Shown: positions 27,204 through 39,466 of the stretch, piece after piece
Numbering within the stretch: the stretch's first letter is position 1
Layout of the letters: each line of letters starts with the position of its first letter
Assembly: GCA_965113315.1 (NCBI GenBank)
Contig: OZ220368.1
DNA: 64,000 bases
Reading direction: 5' to 3' (one strand)
DNA from: Podarcis vaucheri
Lineage: Eukaryota
Notes under the pieces: model-generated
What the model was told of the DNA's origin: nothing
The model's input: the letters and a program-made list of their open reading frames with translations, nothing else
The model's database searches: none
Translations under genes and position numbers: made by a program

Positions 27204-27349
27204 TAGAATCATAGACTCATAGAGCTGGAAGGGACCACAAGGGTTATCTAGTCCAACCCCCTGCAATGAAGGAATATTTTTGTTCAGTGTGGGGCTTGAA
27301 GCCAAGACCCTGAGATTAAGAGTCTCATGCTCTACCGACTGAGCTATCC
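27204..27349 (-). mobile_element. tRNA-Lys(CTT)-derived SINE with CR1-type tail (POMSINE/Squam2-like); tail fragments at ~36761-36825(-) and ~47135-47220(+)
   Basis: minus strand GGATAGCTCAGTCGGTAGAGCATGAGACTCTTAATCTCAGGGTC followed by GGTTGGACTAGAT...CCCTTCCAGCTCTATGAGTCTATGATTCTA. Confidence 0.85.
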
Positions 27350-27562
27350 ATGTTCAGCCAGTGTTACTATGCACCTTAGCGCTCCTGCTCAATTTGCCTT
27401 GCATCCTTTCAGTGATATTCATCAAGCCTTCTTGCACGATTAGAGAAAGCAATGTTACCAGCAAATTAACTGCCCCAAAGAGCTTTTCATTTCCATGAAT
27501 GCTTGCTGGTCTTGTATTATTTTGGCAGTCTCTGACACTTTTCTCTTCTCTTCAATGTATAG

Positions 27563-27724
27563 TTCAATGTTCCCCGGGCCATTATTATAACACCAGTGTC
27601 CACCGCTGCATCCGCTGTGCCGTAGGCACTTACCAACCTGACTTCCGCCAGAACTACTGCATCACATGCCCTGGGAATACCACCACAGACTTTGACGGCT
27701 CAACCTCTGTGTCACAATGCAAAA
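27563..27724 (+). CDS. SCUBE3: SCUBE3 exon, cysteine-rich repeat 3 ([54 protein letters not shown])
   Basis: tatag acceptor, A|gtatgt donor, 162 nt. Confidence 0.95.
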
Positions 27725-27889
27725 GTATGTTTTGTTCTCTGCAGACTGCATGTAACAGAATTCATTTGCTGAAATTATCTCTGTTTCATTAGCTTCCTAT
27801 TGGTTTTCCTTATGCATGCAATAGTAAAGTTTATGGACCAATCTGTACCTGTGTTTACACACAACCCTTATATAGCAACACTGGCATAG

Positions 27890-28213
<324 letters not shown>

Positions 28214-29877
28214 TAACCAAATGCTGTGTAGGGGCCATGCAAAAAGGGCAGTGTGGCGATGGGGACTGGCCTAGGTTTCCTCCGCAATTTCTGGACTATG
28301 GAAACCTAAGGAGCTATGGAGACTTTGTCTCCCTGCCAGCATGAATAAGTGATCAAACCAAGTGATTTGTTTGCCTGCCCCTGGCTTGATGGAGAGACAG
28401 GATGGCAGTTCCATGACTGGGGACCAAGCCAGTGCAAGCAGCTTTGTAGGTCAGCTGAACTGCTTCCTGCAATGCCATCCCCTGGTGGTGCTGCAGAGTA
28501 GTAATGAGCAGGCGAGAGCTCCTTCTTCCAGCAAAGTGTCATAGTGTGCAAAGTGCTTGCATTCTGCTGCTGGAGACTCTCTTTGAGACTTCTGGTGGCT
28601 TACAGTGCTGACACCTAAAGGATATTGGGGCAGCTGCAAATGCCTGATATATCCTGGATTAAGTGAAGCAGATTATACCCTTGAACTGAGAATGCAGAAA
28701 AAGTGATTCTAAAAATCAGGTGTACAATATATGCTTTGAGCAGTCCCTGAACTAACATCACAGTAAGGGTGCAGCCTGCACAGCCCTCACTGATCTTACA
28801 GCTCCGTTGTCTCTGTCAGCCATGCTGATGGACTTGGGACCATTGTATATTTTCCTCCCTGCATCCATCAATATGGCTCTTGTGGGGATCTCTGGAGCAG
28901 TTTCCCCATCTTGGGCATGGGAAACCTCCAGTCTTTGAGCCGAATTAGAACCAGCAGGGGTCCACATTTGGCCCGTGAGGGCATTTCCTCCAAACTATGC
29001 TCACTTGACATCAGATGTGGGGCAGGTAAGGATGTGGCTGTGAAGGAACAGTCATGAATTTAAAGTGTGCTCTTGATTGTTCCTTTGCAAATGGGGCTAG
29101 CTGACAGCATAGATCAGTGTTGACAGTGAACCCCACTCGGATCAAATGCGCTAGGAAGTTCCTGATACTGGAGCCAAGGGGACTCGCTGTCAGCACTGAT
29201 CAGTGCTGAAAGGGAGCCTGTTGGAACACATGCTTTCAGCACCAGCCAGCTAATTGGCACCTAAAGTGCCCCTCCAAAGGGGCTTGCTGCAGTTCCCACT
29301 TTGAATCCAAACCCTGCCAGCAAAGGGGCAAAGTAGAGAACCCGTTTGAAGGCATGCTGCCAGCACAAGTCACCTGACTTTCAATTTGTCACCTGGCAGC
29401 ATACAGAAATCAGATGACTGACAGGTGAGTGGACTCACCCACCTGTCAAAGTAGCCCGTGGAGTAGATGGCAGGGGGTAGGTCAGGATCTGGTCCGCTAC
29501 CCAGGAGTTTCTCCACCCCTGCCCTAGATGGTGCACCACATTTGGCTCCGCAAGCTCTCTCTTTCCAGATGTCTCTTCTGCTTGCTTTACCACTAAGCAA
29601 ATAAATCTGCACTTCTTTACTTCTGCCTCACCACCCCTAAAAAGGAAAGTTGCCTTCAGTAGTGAAGCTGCCAAATGGCATTAAGCTATCCTCAAAGTTT
29701 ATAACCTTGGAAAGGAAAACACACTCATTTTTGTCTCGCAGATGTTAGGACTTCAGCAAAGGTGTGAGGCAAAGGAAGCAGGAAGAGCTTTGCTTAGATT
29801 TCAGCCGTGTTTTCCTTTTTGCTCAGCCTTCCTAGATCTTTTAATGGAGTTTATCTTGGGATGTGAGATCTGGGTGA

Positions 29878-30120
<243 letters not shown>

Positions 30121-30899
30121 TGAAGTGGGGCTGTAACCTCCTGCTTCTAATGCTACACTGTCCCCACTCCTCAGAGACCATGCACTAAGCCTTCCTTGCC
30201 AAGAGAAGGCAAGGCACATACAACTCTTTGTTCATAGGCTTCTGCAGGTGTCTGTGCTCAATGCATGGGCTTTAGGAATCAAGGCTAGCATGATGTCTGG
30301 GGCAGTGCTAGGAGGCATAGCCCCTCTGCATCCTCCATGTGCTTGCCCTACATATGGATGAGCATCTGCATAGGATGAGCGTTTTGAGGCCAGTGAATGG
30401 TTAAGAATGGGGCATGGTCTGAGGTGCTACTCCCCCCTTCTGCATTCTGATTCGCATGCAAAACCTCTATATGTTTGGATGGCACAGCCTCTCCTCCTCC
30501 TCGGCTGTTGCCTTTTCTCCCATCTTAGTCCATGATGTTGCTCCCTTCATCTCTTTCTCTTTCTGACCTGGATTGCAGGTCTGAAGGAAGGAAGAATGAG
30601 GTGAGTCCCTTGAACAGTCTCCCTGACCTGTGGTCACTTGCAAACTCAGAGCCAGTGTTTGGCTGCCCTCCTTTGTACACCCCAAGCCAGTGAGCCATTT
30701 TAGAATGTGGAATTGGGTCAGAATTTGGGGGGAAATAAAGGAGCTACTCCAAAGAAAGAGACCATTGAAGCAGCTTTGTGCAGCATCAAATTCCTTTTAC
30801 CATTGTTTGTAGGTACGTGTTTCTTTTAAATACTAGTAGATGTGTTAATCCCTTGCTTTTTCTTCTTTATCCCTCCCACTTCCTTTCTCAACAATGTAG

Positions 30900-30979
30900 A
30901 GGATTATGAACAGCTCGTGGAGGATATTGTACGGGATGGCAGGCTATATGCTTCTGAAAATCATCAGGAAATACTGAAG
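30900..30979 (+). CDS. SCUBE3: SCUBE3 penultimate exon ([27 protein letters not shown])
   Basis: tgtag acceptor, AAG|gtgagg donor, 80 nt. Confidence 0.95.
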
Positions 30980-31238
30980 GTGAGGCTGCCTTTTTTTTTT
31001 TTTTGTTATTGGGGTAATAGAGCATGTGCTAATAGAGCATGCATATGATTCCTGCCCAGGCATCTCCTCTTGAAAAAGGATCCCAGACAGCAGGACTAGG
31101 AACTATTATGTGACTTGTCCTTGGGGAGCTCCTTGCAGAGGGTGGGGAAACATTGAATTGATTACATAAAGGGCAAACTATATACGTATTATGTTACATG
31201 TGCACTTTAAAGGTCACAGGTCCCTCAAAAGCCATCTA

Positions 31239-31488
31239 CACTCATACCTTGGTTTTTGAACAGCTTAGTTCTCGAACATTTTGGCTCCCAAATGCTGCAA
31301 ACCCAGAAGTGACTGTTCTGGTTTGCGAACTATTTTTGGAAGCTGAACATGTAACGGGACTTTCACGACTTCTGATTGGCTTCAGAAGCTTCCTGCAGCC
31401 AATCAGAAGCCGCGCTTTGGTTTCTAAACATTTTGGAAGTTGAACGGACTTCCGGAACGGATTCTGTTTGACTTCCAAGGTACGACTG
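31239..31488. mobile_element. Tc1/mariner (Tigger-like) MITE; related copy ~63381-63623
   Basis: TA flanks, right end CCAAGGTACGACTG, shared internal CTTCCTGCAGCCAATCAGAAGC. Confidence 0.8.
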
Positions 31489-31583
31489 TATTCCAGTCCC
31501 TATAGTGGGAGAGCACTGATTGAGTAGCAGTAGCAGCCCCTGTGGAGTTCTGCAGTGTGTGCTACACACCCTTGCTCCTATAG

Positions 31584-31766
<183 letters not shown>

Positions 31767-34500
31767 CCTTGTGACACTTTTCACCAGCCTTCCAGGCTCC
31801 TCAACAGCCAAGAAAACTTTTTCTTACACTTAATTCTTATTTTTCAATGACTTTTTCCTACGAATACAAACCCCATTTTCTCACTATGCAGATGACTCTA
31901 ACCATTGGTCTTCCCTTGGCTTTTCTCCAAACCAAATTCACTGATGACATTGCCCTTGGAAGAAGCAGCTGGCAACCATCCCCTGAGCTTTCCATACTGG
32001 AGTCTCAGCCCATGGAGTTCACATATCCCAGTAAGTGATACACTCTTCACAAGTGGCCTCTACTGGGACCTGTAACTCCAGGGCAGTTTCTGCCTTCTCC
32101 CATATATGCAAATTATGTACGGCCCCTTCTGCTGCAAGGCAGCTGCCAAAGAGGCTGTTTGTACATCTCTCTGCACACGACTGTCTGCTTCTAGATAGAA
32201 ACACCCCTGCTACCATATCATGCTCCACTCCTGGGACACAGAAGAAACGGGGAGACATTGAGCAGCTTCTAAGCAGTGGAACCGGTCCAGCTGAACTCTT
32301 TCGTAAAGAATTGGGGGCAAAGGACACCCAGAATGTGGAAGGTTATGCCTTATTTATCAGACTGTTGGGGGGTTTTTGTTTAAGAGAAAAATAAACCAAG
32401 CACAGTCTTGCAGAGAGGATCAGACAAAATAAAGCGTAAGGTGTGGGGAGGAAGATCCTGTAAAAGAAAAAGACGTATCACAGAAGTGTGAAAGTAAATC
32501 GCCCATGTTCGTGATGGCAAGTTTGGTGACTTAAGAGCATCGTTTCGTGACAGAGTCTTGACTTTTTGCATTCAGAGAAAACATTGGCCTAGCCACAATC
32601 TCACATGGAATGATGTCTGGAAAAAGGGGAAGAAAACATGGTAAAAAGTGAGACTTTCCAATGTGATTTCTCCCCCATGGAGACTGGAGCTGAGAGATCA
32701 GACTTCTTATAAGCTCTGCCAAAGAGTAACTCAATGACAAAAAAAAAAGCAAGCAGTGTGAAGGGCAGGAGTGAGTGAATGTTTGTGCACTAGGACGTTC
32801 TCCTTTCTACCTTTTTCATATTATTAAGTGCAATCATTTTTGAGTTGTCTTTATATTATTTAGAGGGAAGTTTTTTTTTTCTCCTAGAAACTACAATATT
32901 TATACCTGCCTGAGAAAAGAGAATGTGTGTGTGTTTGTGTGCGTGTGCGTGCATGTGTTAAAATGAAACAGAAATGAATACAGACAAGGATTTGGGGAAA
33001 TGGTGACTAAATGTGACGTAAGTTTTCAGCTCTTGGAATCTTTTGTTTTTCCTCACCACAGTAAATTCCAATGTAAATCCTGAAGATCAAGCTCCTTCAT
33101 GTAACCAATGAAAGGGACACAAGACTTGAGCAGAATATTTCTAGTGACTTGGAAATTACCTTTTGGACACAAGCAGCTCTTGAGAGTAAATTCAATTCAA
33201 TATCAATAATGCATATTAGGGATCACATACTGGAATGCATCCCAGTGTTAAAGTCTTCTAGCATTTGCAAAGTGTCATCTAACCTTCACTCTTTCTGACA
33301 AGTTAGCTTTGCACGGGCAGGGAGGTTTTGATATATTTGAACCGGAGATTCCCCATTTAGATATTGAGGTGGTATAGTTCATTTTCTGAATGTTTCAGAA
33401 GAGGTGCTGGGGCTCAAGTTTCCTGGAAATTTGCATCGTCTACCTGAAGGCTCTTTCCCCTAAACTCAGAGCTGTAGCCATGAATTCTCAGTGAGAAGGG
33501 GATGCTCTCTGCCCCTGCTCAGAGGCACTGTAGTCTTCCCTTTTTCAAAGCCTGAGTTCAGCACTGAACTCAGGTTTTGAGATGAGCTGTTGTGAATCCT
33601 AACTTGAAAACTGAAGTATACCATTGTCAGTTTAATTCTTCCCTATGTAAGGTCACTTGTCAGTCACTGATCCATAATCCAGTGCAAATACTAGTGATGA
33701 AATCCCAACTTCTATGGGTGAAATTGTTGCCTTCTCTGAGCCATGACCTGAAACTAACAATTGGAAATGTGTCTTAAAAAGCTGCGAGGCTGCACTTGGA
33801 TCAGATCATCTCTGTTTCCTGTAGTGGTATTGAAGCTTTTCTGCCTGAGTGTTAATAGTTTGCTTTTCTTCTCTTTTGGATCCAGAATCGGAATTTGCCC
33901 CATTAAATTTACTCTAATCATCTCAGCATTGAAGTTGAATTGCCTCTGATGTGAACATTTTTGCAGTACTTCAGCAGGACATATGGCATCATAGTAACAC
34001 CTAAGAATTCATATCTGGCTCTGATGTCATCATATTCAGCAATTTCTTACGGCATATAAACATTTGTTTATCTGGGGAGGGGAGGGGGAGATGCTCAAGT
34101 TCAATTGCTTACTGTAGGCAAAAGTACAAGGCCAGCTCTGAAGGAAAAACTTGTATTGAATTTGGCTTAGAAATTCTACCTGTTTTCCTTCTAGCTAGAG
34201 CCCTTCTTTCCATTCTATCCTTAATGAAATGTAGAAATTCTAAAGGTTTGAAAAGCTGAAAATTCCATCTCAACATAGGAAATATAACAATTTTAAACAA
34301 CAAAGCTGAAATATTTATAATTGCATTGTGCAGTAATCCACAGTCCAGTATCTCCTATAATGATTAAATGATGAAAAAGGTGTAGTCCATAAAGTTATTT
34401 GCACTTGATAAAAGAAATTGTATCTGAACTTGTAAAAAGAAAAGTTTGCATTTCATATTGTCTTTTTTTAATTATTAAATGGAATTTCTTGGTGCTGTGT
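31767..34500 (+). other. SCUBE3: Probable long SCUBE3 3'UTR with candidate poly(A) signals (AATAAA 32390-32395 and 32428-32433; ATTAAA 34474-34479)
   Basis: ~2.7 kb with no recognisable transposon, AU-rich end, ATTAAA followed by GU/U-rich sequence; transposons resume at 34635. Confidence 0.55.
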
Positions 34501-34634
34501 TGATCTTTCAGAAGTGCTTTCCACTGCTCTTATTTGTAAATTCCAAATTCATAGCATTGCTACTGCTTAGGGTTTTGTTCCGTTCCTTTCTCTCTCTTTC
34601 ATTTCCCTCTGGAAACTGACTGATTTTGGCACTA

Positions 34635-34876
34635 CAGTGGTACCTCAGGTTACATATGCTTCAAGTTACATACGCTTCAGGTTACAGACTCCGCTAACCC
34701 AGAAATAGTACCTCGGGTTAAGAACTTTGCTTCAAGATGAGAACAGAAATCGTGCTCTGGCGGCACAGTGGCAGCAGGAGGCCCCATTAGCTAAAGTGGT
34801 GCTTCAGGTTAAGAACAGTTTCAGGTTAAGAACAGACCTCCAGAACGAATTAGGTACTTAACCCGAGGTACCACTG
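34635..34876. mobile_element. Tc1/mariner (Tigger-like) MITE, family A
   Basis: TA TSD, TIR CAGTGGTACCTCRGGTTA; closely similar to 45739-45964 and 49991-50229. Confidence 0.92.
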
Positions 34877-35706
34877 TATAAGGCTTTAAGATACCAAGAG
34901 TTCTTTGAGCTTCAAAACCTCAAAAAAAAAAAAAAAGTATTTTGGTATGGCCCATAATTATGCCAGATGAAGTAAAATAAAGCCTAATTGGTATTTTTGC
35001 AACCTTAAAAAGGCAAAGGACCCTTGACAGTTGAGTCCAATTGCGAACGACTCTGGGGTTGTGGAGCTCATCTCACTTTACTGGCCGAGGGAACCTTAGT
35101 TTGCTTTAAAACTTGGGCTAATAGCAAAGAGGACCATACCCAGAATGGATCCTGTTAGGATAGGTTCTTAGAATTACTGTTGCTTGCACATCATTGTTGC
35201 TGTCCTTGCATGTAGTGCTGATCCTGCTAGTATATTTTGATTAGTGGCAGGCAGTCCACAGACTCAGCTGATGTCTGGCTTTTTGATGGGCAGCATATAT
35301 ACTCGCCAATCATCCACAAAAGCACTATTATAATCTTTGGAGAAATGAAACATTTGCCAGTATTTTTAACAACTAATGGTCCCTATCAATAAAATAATAC
35401 TTTCACTCCTGCGAAGCATAATCCACCAGCAATTATTTCCCTTGTGCAGTCCTCTCACAACTCTCCTTCAGGGTAAAACTAGATGTTATGGAGAAGGGGT
35501 TCTTAAACTTTCTATTCCCAATGTTCACCTGAGACAACAAAATTCCTGAGGCTCGCTTGCCACAAAATGGTGTAGGGGCAGAGCCAGTCAAAAATTGGAG
35601 GCAGTGTCTGGCAAGTCAGCTGGAAATTGCAGACAACACTTTTTTCTTTCTTCTTTGTCAGGTCAAAGGAATTGCATAGGTAAGATGACCTCAGGAGGCT
35701 CTTGCT

Positions 35707-35843
35707 CAGGCTTCCTCAAATTCAGCCCTCCAGATGTTTTGAGACTACAATTCCCATCATCCCTGACCACTGGTCCTGCTTAGATAGGGATCATGGGAGT
35801 TGTAGGTCAAAAACATCTGGAGGGCCGAGTTTGAGGAAGTCTG
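35707..35843. mobile_element. Palindromic hAT MITE carrying ACTACAATTCCCA, ~1.5 kb upstream of the ZNF76 promoter
   Basis: TIR CAGGCTTCCTCAAA...TTTGAGGAAGTCTG; closely similar to 46417-46550. Confidence 0.88.
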
Positions 35844-36370
35844 CTCTAGCAGAAGCAGCCTTTTTCTTTTGTATTTTTCCCTTCCCACCCCCACGTGCCT
35901 CCCAGAGATTTTTTGCCCATCTTCTTAATTTCTTCTCCCATTTTCCAACCTGTGCTTTGCACTGGCACAAGCAGGTCAAGGGAGCCGTAGCCTATCCCGC
36001 AATGTTCCGCAGCAGCTGGCATTTAAAGGAATCCCACCAGTGATCCTGGATGTACCATATAGCCATCAGGACTAGTAGCCATCAAGAAAAAAATAAAATA
36101 AAAGGTCTGGGGAAACAATGGGGCTGTGTGTGGAAGAGAAAGGTGGTTTTTCTAATGCTTGACACAGGATTCATTTAAAGGGCTGGAAAAGAGCTCCACC
36201 ACTTTAATCAGAGCTGTCTCCAGGATTTGGGGGGCAGGGGCTGTTGGTTCTGGTACCCTCAACAGAGCACTCCCTAACTTGAAAAGGTGGAACATGCTGA
36301 GAATTCTTTTAAGCTGTGCCTGATCTTTTTGAATATTCTGTGTACAGTGAAATGGTAGCACTGTTAAGAC

Positions 36371-36618
36371 CATGGGTAGGCAAACTAAAGCCCAGGGGCC
36401 AGATGCGGCCCAATCACCTTCTCAATCTGGCCCGTGGACAGTCCTGGCATCAGCATTTTTACATGAGCAGAATGTGTCCTTTTATTTTAAACGCATCTCT
36501 GGGTTATTTGTGGGGTACAGGAATTCGTTCATTTTTTTCCTTCAAAATTAGTCCGGCTCCCCACAAGGTCTGAGGGACAGTGGACCGGCCCCCAGCTGAA
36601 AAAGTTTGCTGACCCCTG
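36371..36618. mobile_element. Non-autonomous hAT-Charlie element
   Basis: TIR CATGGGTAGGCAAACT...AGTTTGCTGACCCCTG, exact 8-bp TSD GTTAAGAC. Confidence 0.9.
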
Positions 36619-37199
36619 GTTAAGACACTACAAGTGGTTTGTAGTGAGGTTTACAGTGAGGAAAGTGCTTGTTTCAGTAGAGTAAATGAGTCCTAAAAGG
36701 TACACAAAACAGTACATGCTTGTCACCAGTGGCACTTATCTCATGAGTGCCCATGGCACTTAGAACTGTAGTTGGAAAGGACTCTGAAGGGTCATCTAGT
36801 CCAACCCCCTGCAATCCAGGAATCTCAACTCAAGCTTGACTGCTTATAGTCCACCATACAGCTCTCTCAAAAAATAAAAGTCACTTGGGAAGGAAAATCT
36901 AATTTTTCCAACAAAAATTATTTGTGGCTTGAAGAGGATTTCTTTGCAACACAATCACTACCTTAAAACTAAGCCCAGGGCTGAGCGCTGAGGTGGTCAA
37001 ACTTCCTGACCGCACCAAATAATTCAGGGTGGTAAAAACAAGAAAGGAATTATGAGCTGCTCCAGTGGCATCTTCACCAAATCAGGTGAATGGGCATTAA
37101 AATGTGAAATGGCAAATACCTCTTCAATAGTTTCTCCTTTAATACGACTTTGCACCATATGATGTGAACTAATTGAAAATAAAATTACAAGAGAAAATT

Positions 37200-37950
37200 T
37201 CTGGTGTGATGTCCGCTGTGCGATTCTTGCCGTTTGCGTTCTACCAAGACACAGGAACTCGATCTGTGGTTTTCGCCACGTGGCCAGCAGAGGGAGCTGC
37301 TCACCCATGACATCGCTTCATTTCGAGGCCTACAGTACTTTGTTTTGGTCGCACCTGCAAAGGTGGGTATATAAATAGAAGGAAGGGCAGGTGCTTCGCC
37401 GGGATATCTGCGCATGCCGAAGAATCCGGGGCATGCGCACTAGCAAGCACCGTGGGGCTTTGCTTTCCTTTTCCGGGATTTGGAAGCGACCTTGGCGGGG
37501 CCCCGGAACCTGGATAACAAAAACGACGAGCAGGTTGGCGAAGCTGGGTAAAGCTTCGTCATACAGGTTGCAGGGCAGGTGGCTGCGGGCGAGGCCTGGT
37601 GCATGGCGGTCAGGCGGCGGACTCGGCCCTCCACAGGTCGGTGCCGGCAGGGAGGCGGGGATGAGATGGGGAGATGCTCCTGTGGGGGGTAGATTTCCAT
37701 CTCCTCCGCCGAGACGCTGCACCCTGGGAGAGAAAGAGGGGGTGCCCCCGGGTCCCCTCCACCAGCAGAGCCCCCATTGCCCCCTCCTACGTCCCAGAGC
37801 CCTCCTGTTTTGCACGACTTACCCCTCAGATTCCTGCCCAAGAAGTAGGAGCCCCGCTTTCTTTTTTTCCTTCCCGGGCGCCTTGCAACAGCTGCTTGGC
37901 TGGCAGAAATTCGAGTGGAGATCTCCCCGACTGTGTGGGGAAGCTGTACC
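37200..37950 (+). promoter_or_regulatory. ZNF76: CpG island / ZNF76 promoter and non-coding first exon
   Basis: sharp CpG enrichment; E-box GCCACGTGGC 37275-37284, TATATAAATAG 37368-37378, two inverted NRF1-like TGCGCATGCC sites 37409-37418 and 37430-37439, candidate donor GG|gtaaag at 37548. Confidence 0.8.
37281..37298 (+). promoter_or_regulatory. Candidate CTCF site TGGCCAGCAGAGGGAGCT
   Basis: 13/14 match to core CCASYAGRKGGCRS at the upstream edge of the CpG island. Confidence 0.55.
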
Positions 37951-39393
37951 TGTTGGGTTTCTGCCTGCCTAAATCAGAGGAGCTCTTTCTCCATGGAGGG
38001 GACTATAGATGACGTTGGGGACCCCTTTCCAACTCTACCATTCCGTGGGGAAAGGTGGCTGGCTCCCTTTTCTGCGAGGGCTCTTGCGTGCAAGCAGAGA
38101 TGAAGCGACCTGATCATTTCTCATCAAGCGTGATGCGTGCTGGTAAAATGTATGGCCAGGAAAATAAAAAAGTGACCACAGATGGTTTTCTGTAGAATAT
38201 CTCCCAGCTCCTTTCCCGATTGGTAAAATCTCTCCCAGTTCAGCATCCCTCACCTACGTGGAGCCCCAGTTATATCTCTTCAATCCAAATGCTAACACTT
38301 CATCCGTGATTTAGGTTTGGTTGCTGAACCCTCATCTATAACCCTTGGTCTGTTAATGTACGATACCATTTGTACCACAAGACCCCTGCTAGTAAAATTT
38401 TAGGGAATACATTGGTCAACAGAATTCACCAAAATAAATTCTGTCATTTCCCTCTTTCCTAAAGCTTTCCACAAAAAAGTAAAGCTTCCTTACAAGTTCT
38501 GTTGATCTTATTGTATGTTTAAGCAAAGAATATGGAATGATGCCCTTCAGGAGGCTACTTAGCAAATGCCAATTATTTTCCTGGCAACAGGAAAGGGGAG
38601 AGGAACACAAATGTATAAAAAGGGCAAAAAAAAAAAAAAAAAAAGTTTCTGTAGCTCCATGGCAGATCATGCAGAATGTCCTAGGTTCAATCAATATATG
38701 GCATCACCATATAGGCCTGGGAAAGACCTTAGCCCCTGAAACCCATGGAGAGCCACTGCCAGTCAATTTAGAAAATCCAGAGCGAGATTGTCAAGACTCC
38801 ATAAGGCAGCTTTTTGTGTCCCAAATTATGGAAGAGTGACAGAAAGGAGACTACTTGCAATGCTAGCCTGAGTTTCTTCCAGTTGTATGACTAAAGTTTC
38901 ACCACAGGAGGTGGGGGGGGGGTAGTTGAAATGGCTTAATTGACCAGATTCAGTTTGCAAACTGCCAGTTCATCACTCCAGACTGAAGTTGGTGCTATGC
39001 AGCTATTGTCTTTCATGGGTCTGAGGGTGTAGTTGTGCCAGTTTATGGACCAAGAGATTTTGACGAGTCAGTAAAGCTGCAGTCTCATGTTTACAACATT
39101 GGCCAGCCAGATATCTTTGGGAAAAACCACAAGTAGGACATGAAGCCAACAGTACTCCCCTGTTGTTTGACCTGTATCAGAGGTAGGCTGTCTCCGAACA
39201 TGGAGATTTGTCATGGCGAATAGCCTTTGGTAGACTTACATTCTAATCCTGTCCAAAGAATTCTACTTGGATTACTTTTTATATAAATGTGAAGAAGAAG
39301 TTTATATATAACTTGCTGTTTATGTTTTAGTTCTAACATGGAGAACCATCTTATATGTGGAATACATGTCTAAGGAGCCACCACCAGAGCGCA

Positions 39394-39466
39394 ATGGAGA
39401 GCTTTGGCTTACAGGCAACGGCCCTTTCTGATGGAACAACAGCCTATGTTCAGCAAGATGCTAATG
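39394..39466 (+). CDS. ZNF76: ZNF76 first coding exon (MESFGLQATALSDGTTAYVQQDAN); exon begins at 39331
   Basis: tttag acceptor ending 39330, gcaATGg start, G|gtgagt donor; matches recalled MESLGL...LSDGTTAYVQQ. Confidence 0.9.

Noticed and set aside
27280-27349. tRNA-Lys gene
   Set aside because: Acceptor stem and T-arm are degenerate and it is fused to a CR1 tail, so it is a SINE head
37391-37972. 193-aa ORF and overlapping antisense ORFs
   Set aside because: GC-rich CpG island lacks stop codons by composition; non-ATG start, G/P/R-rich, no recognisable domain
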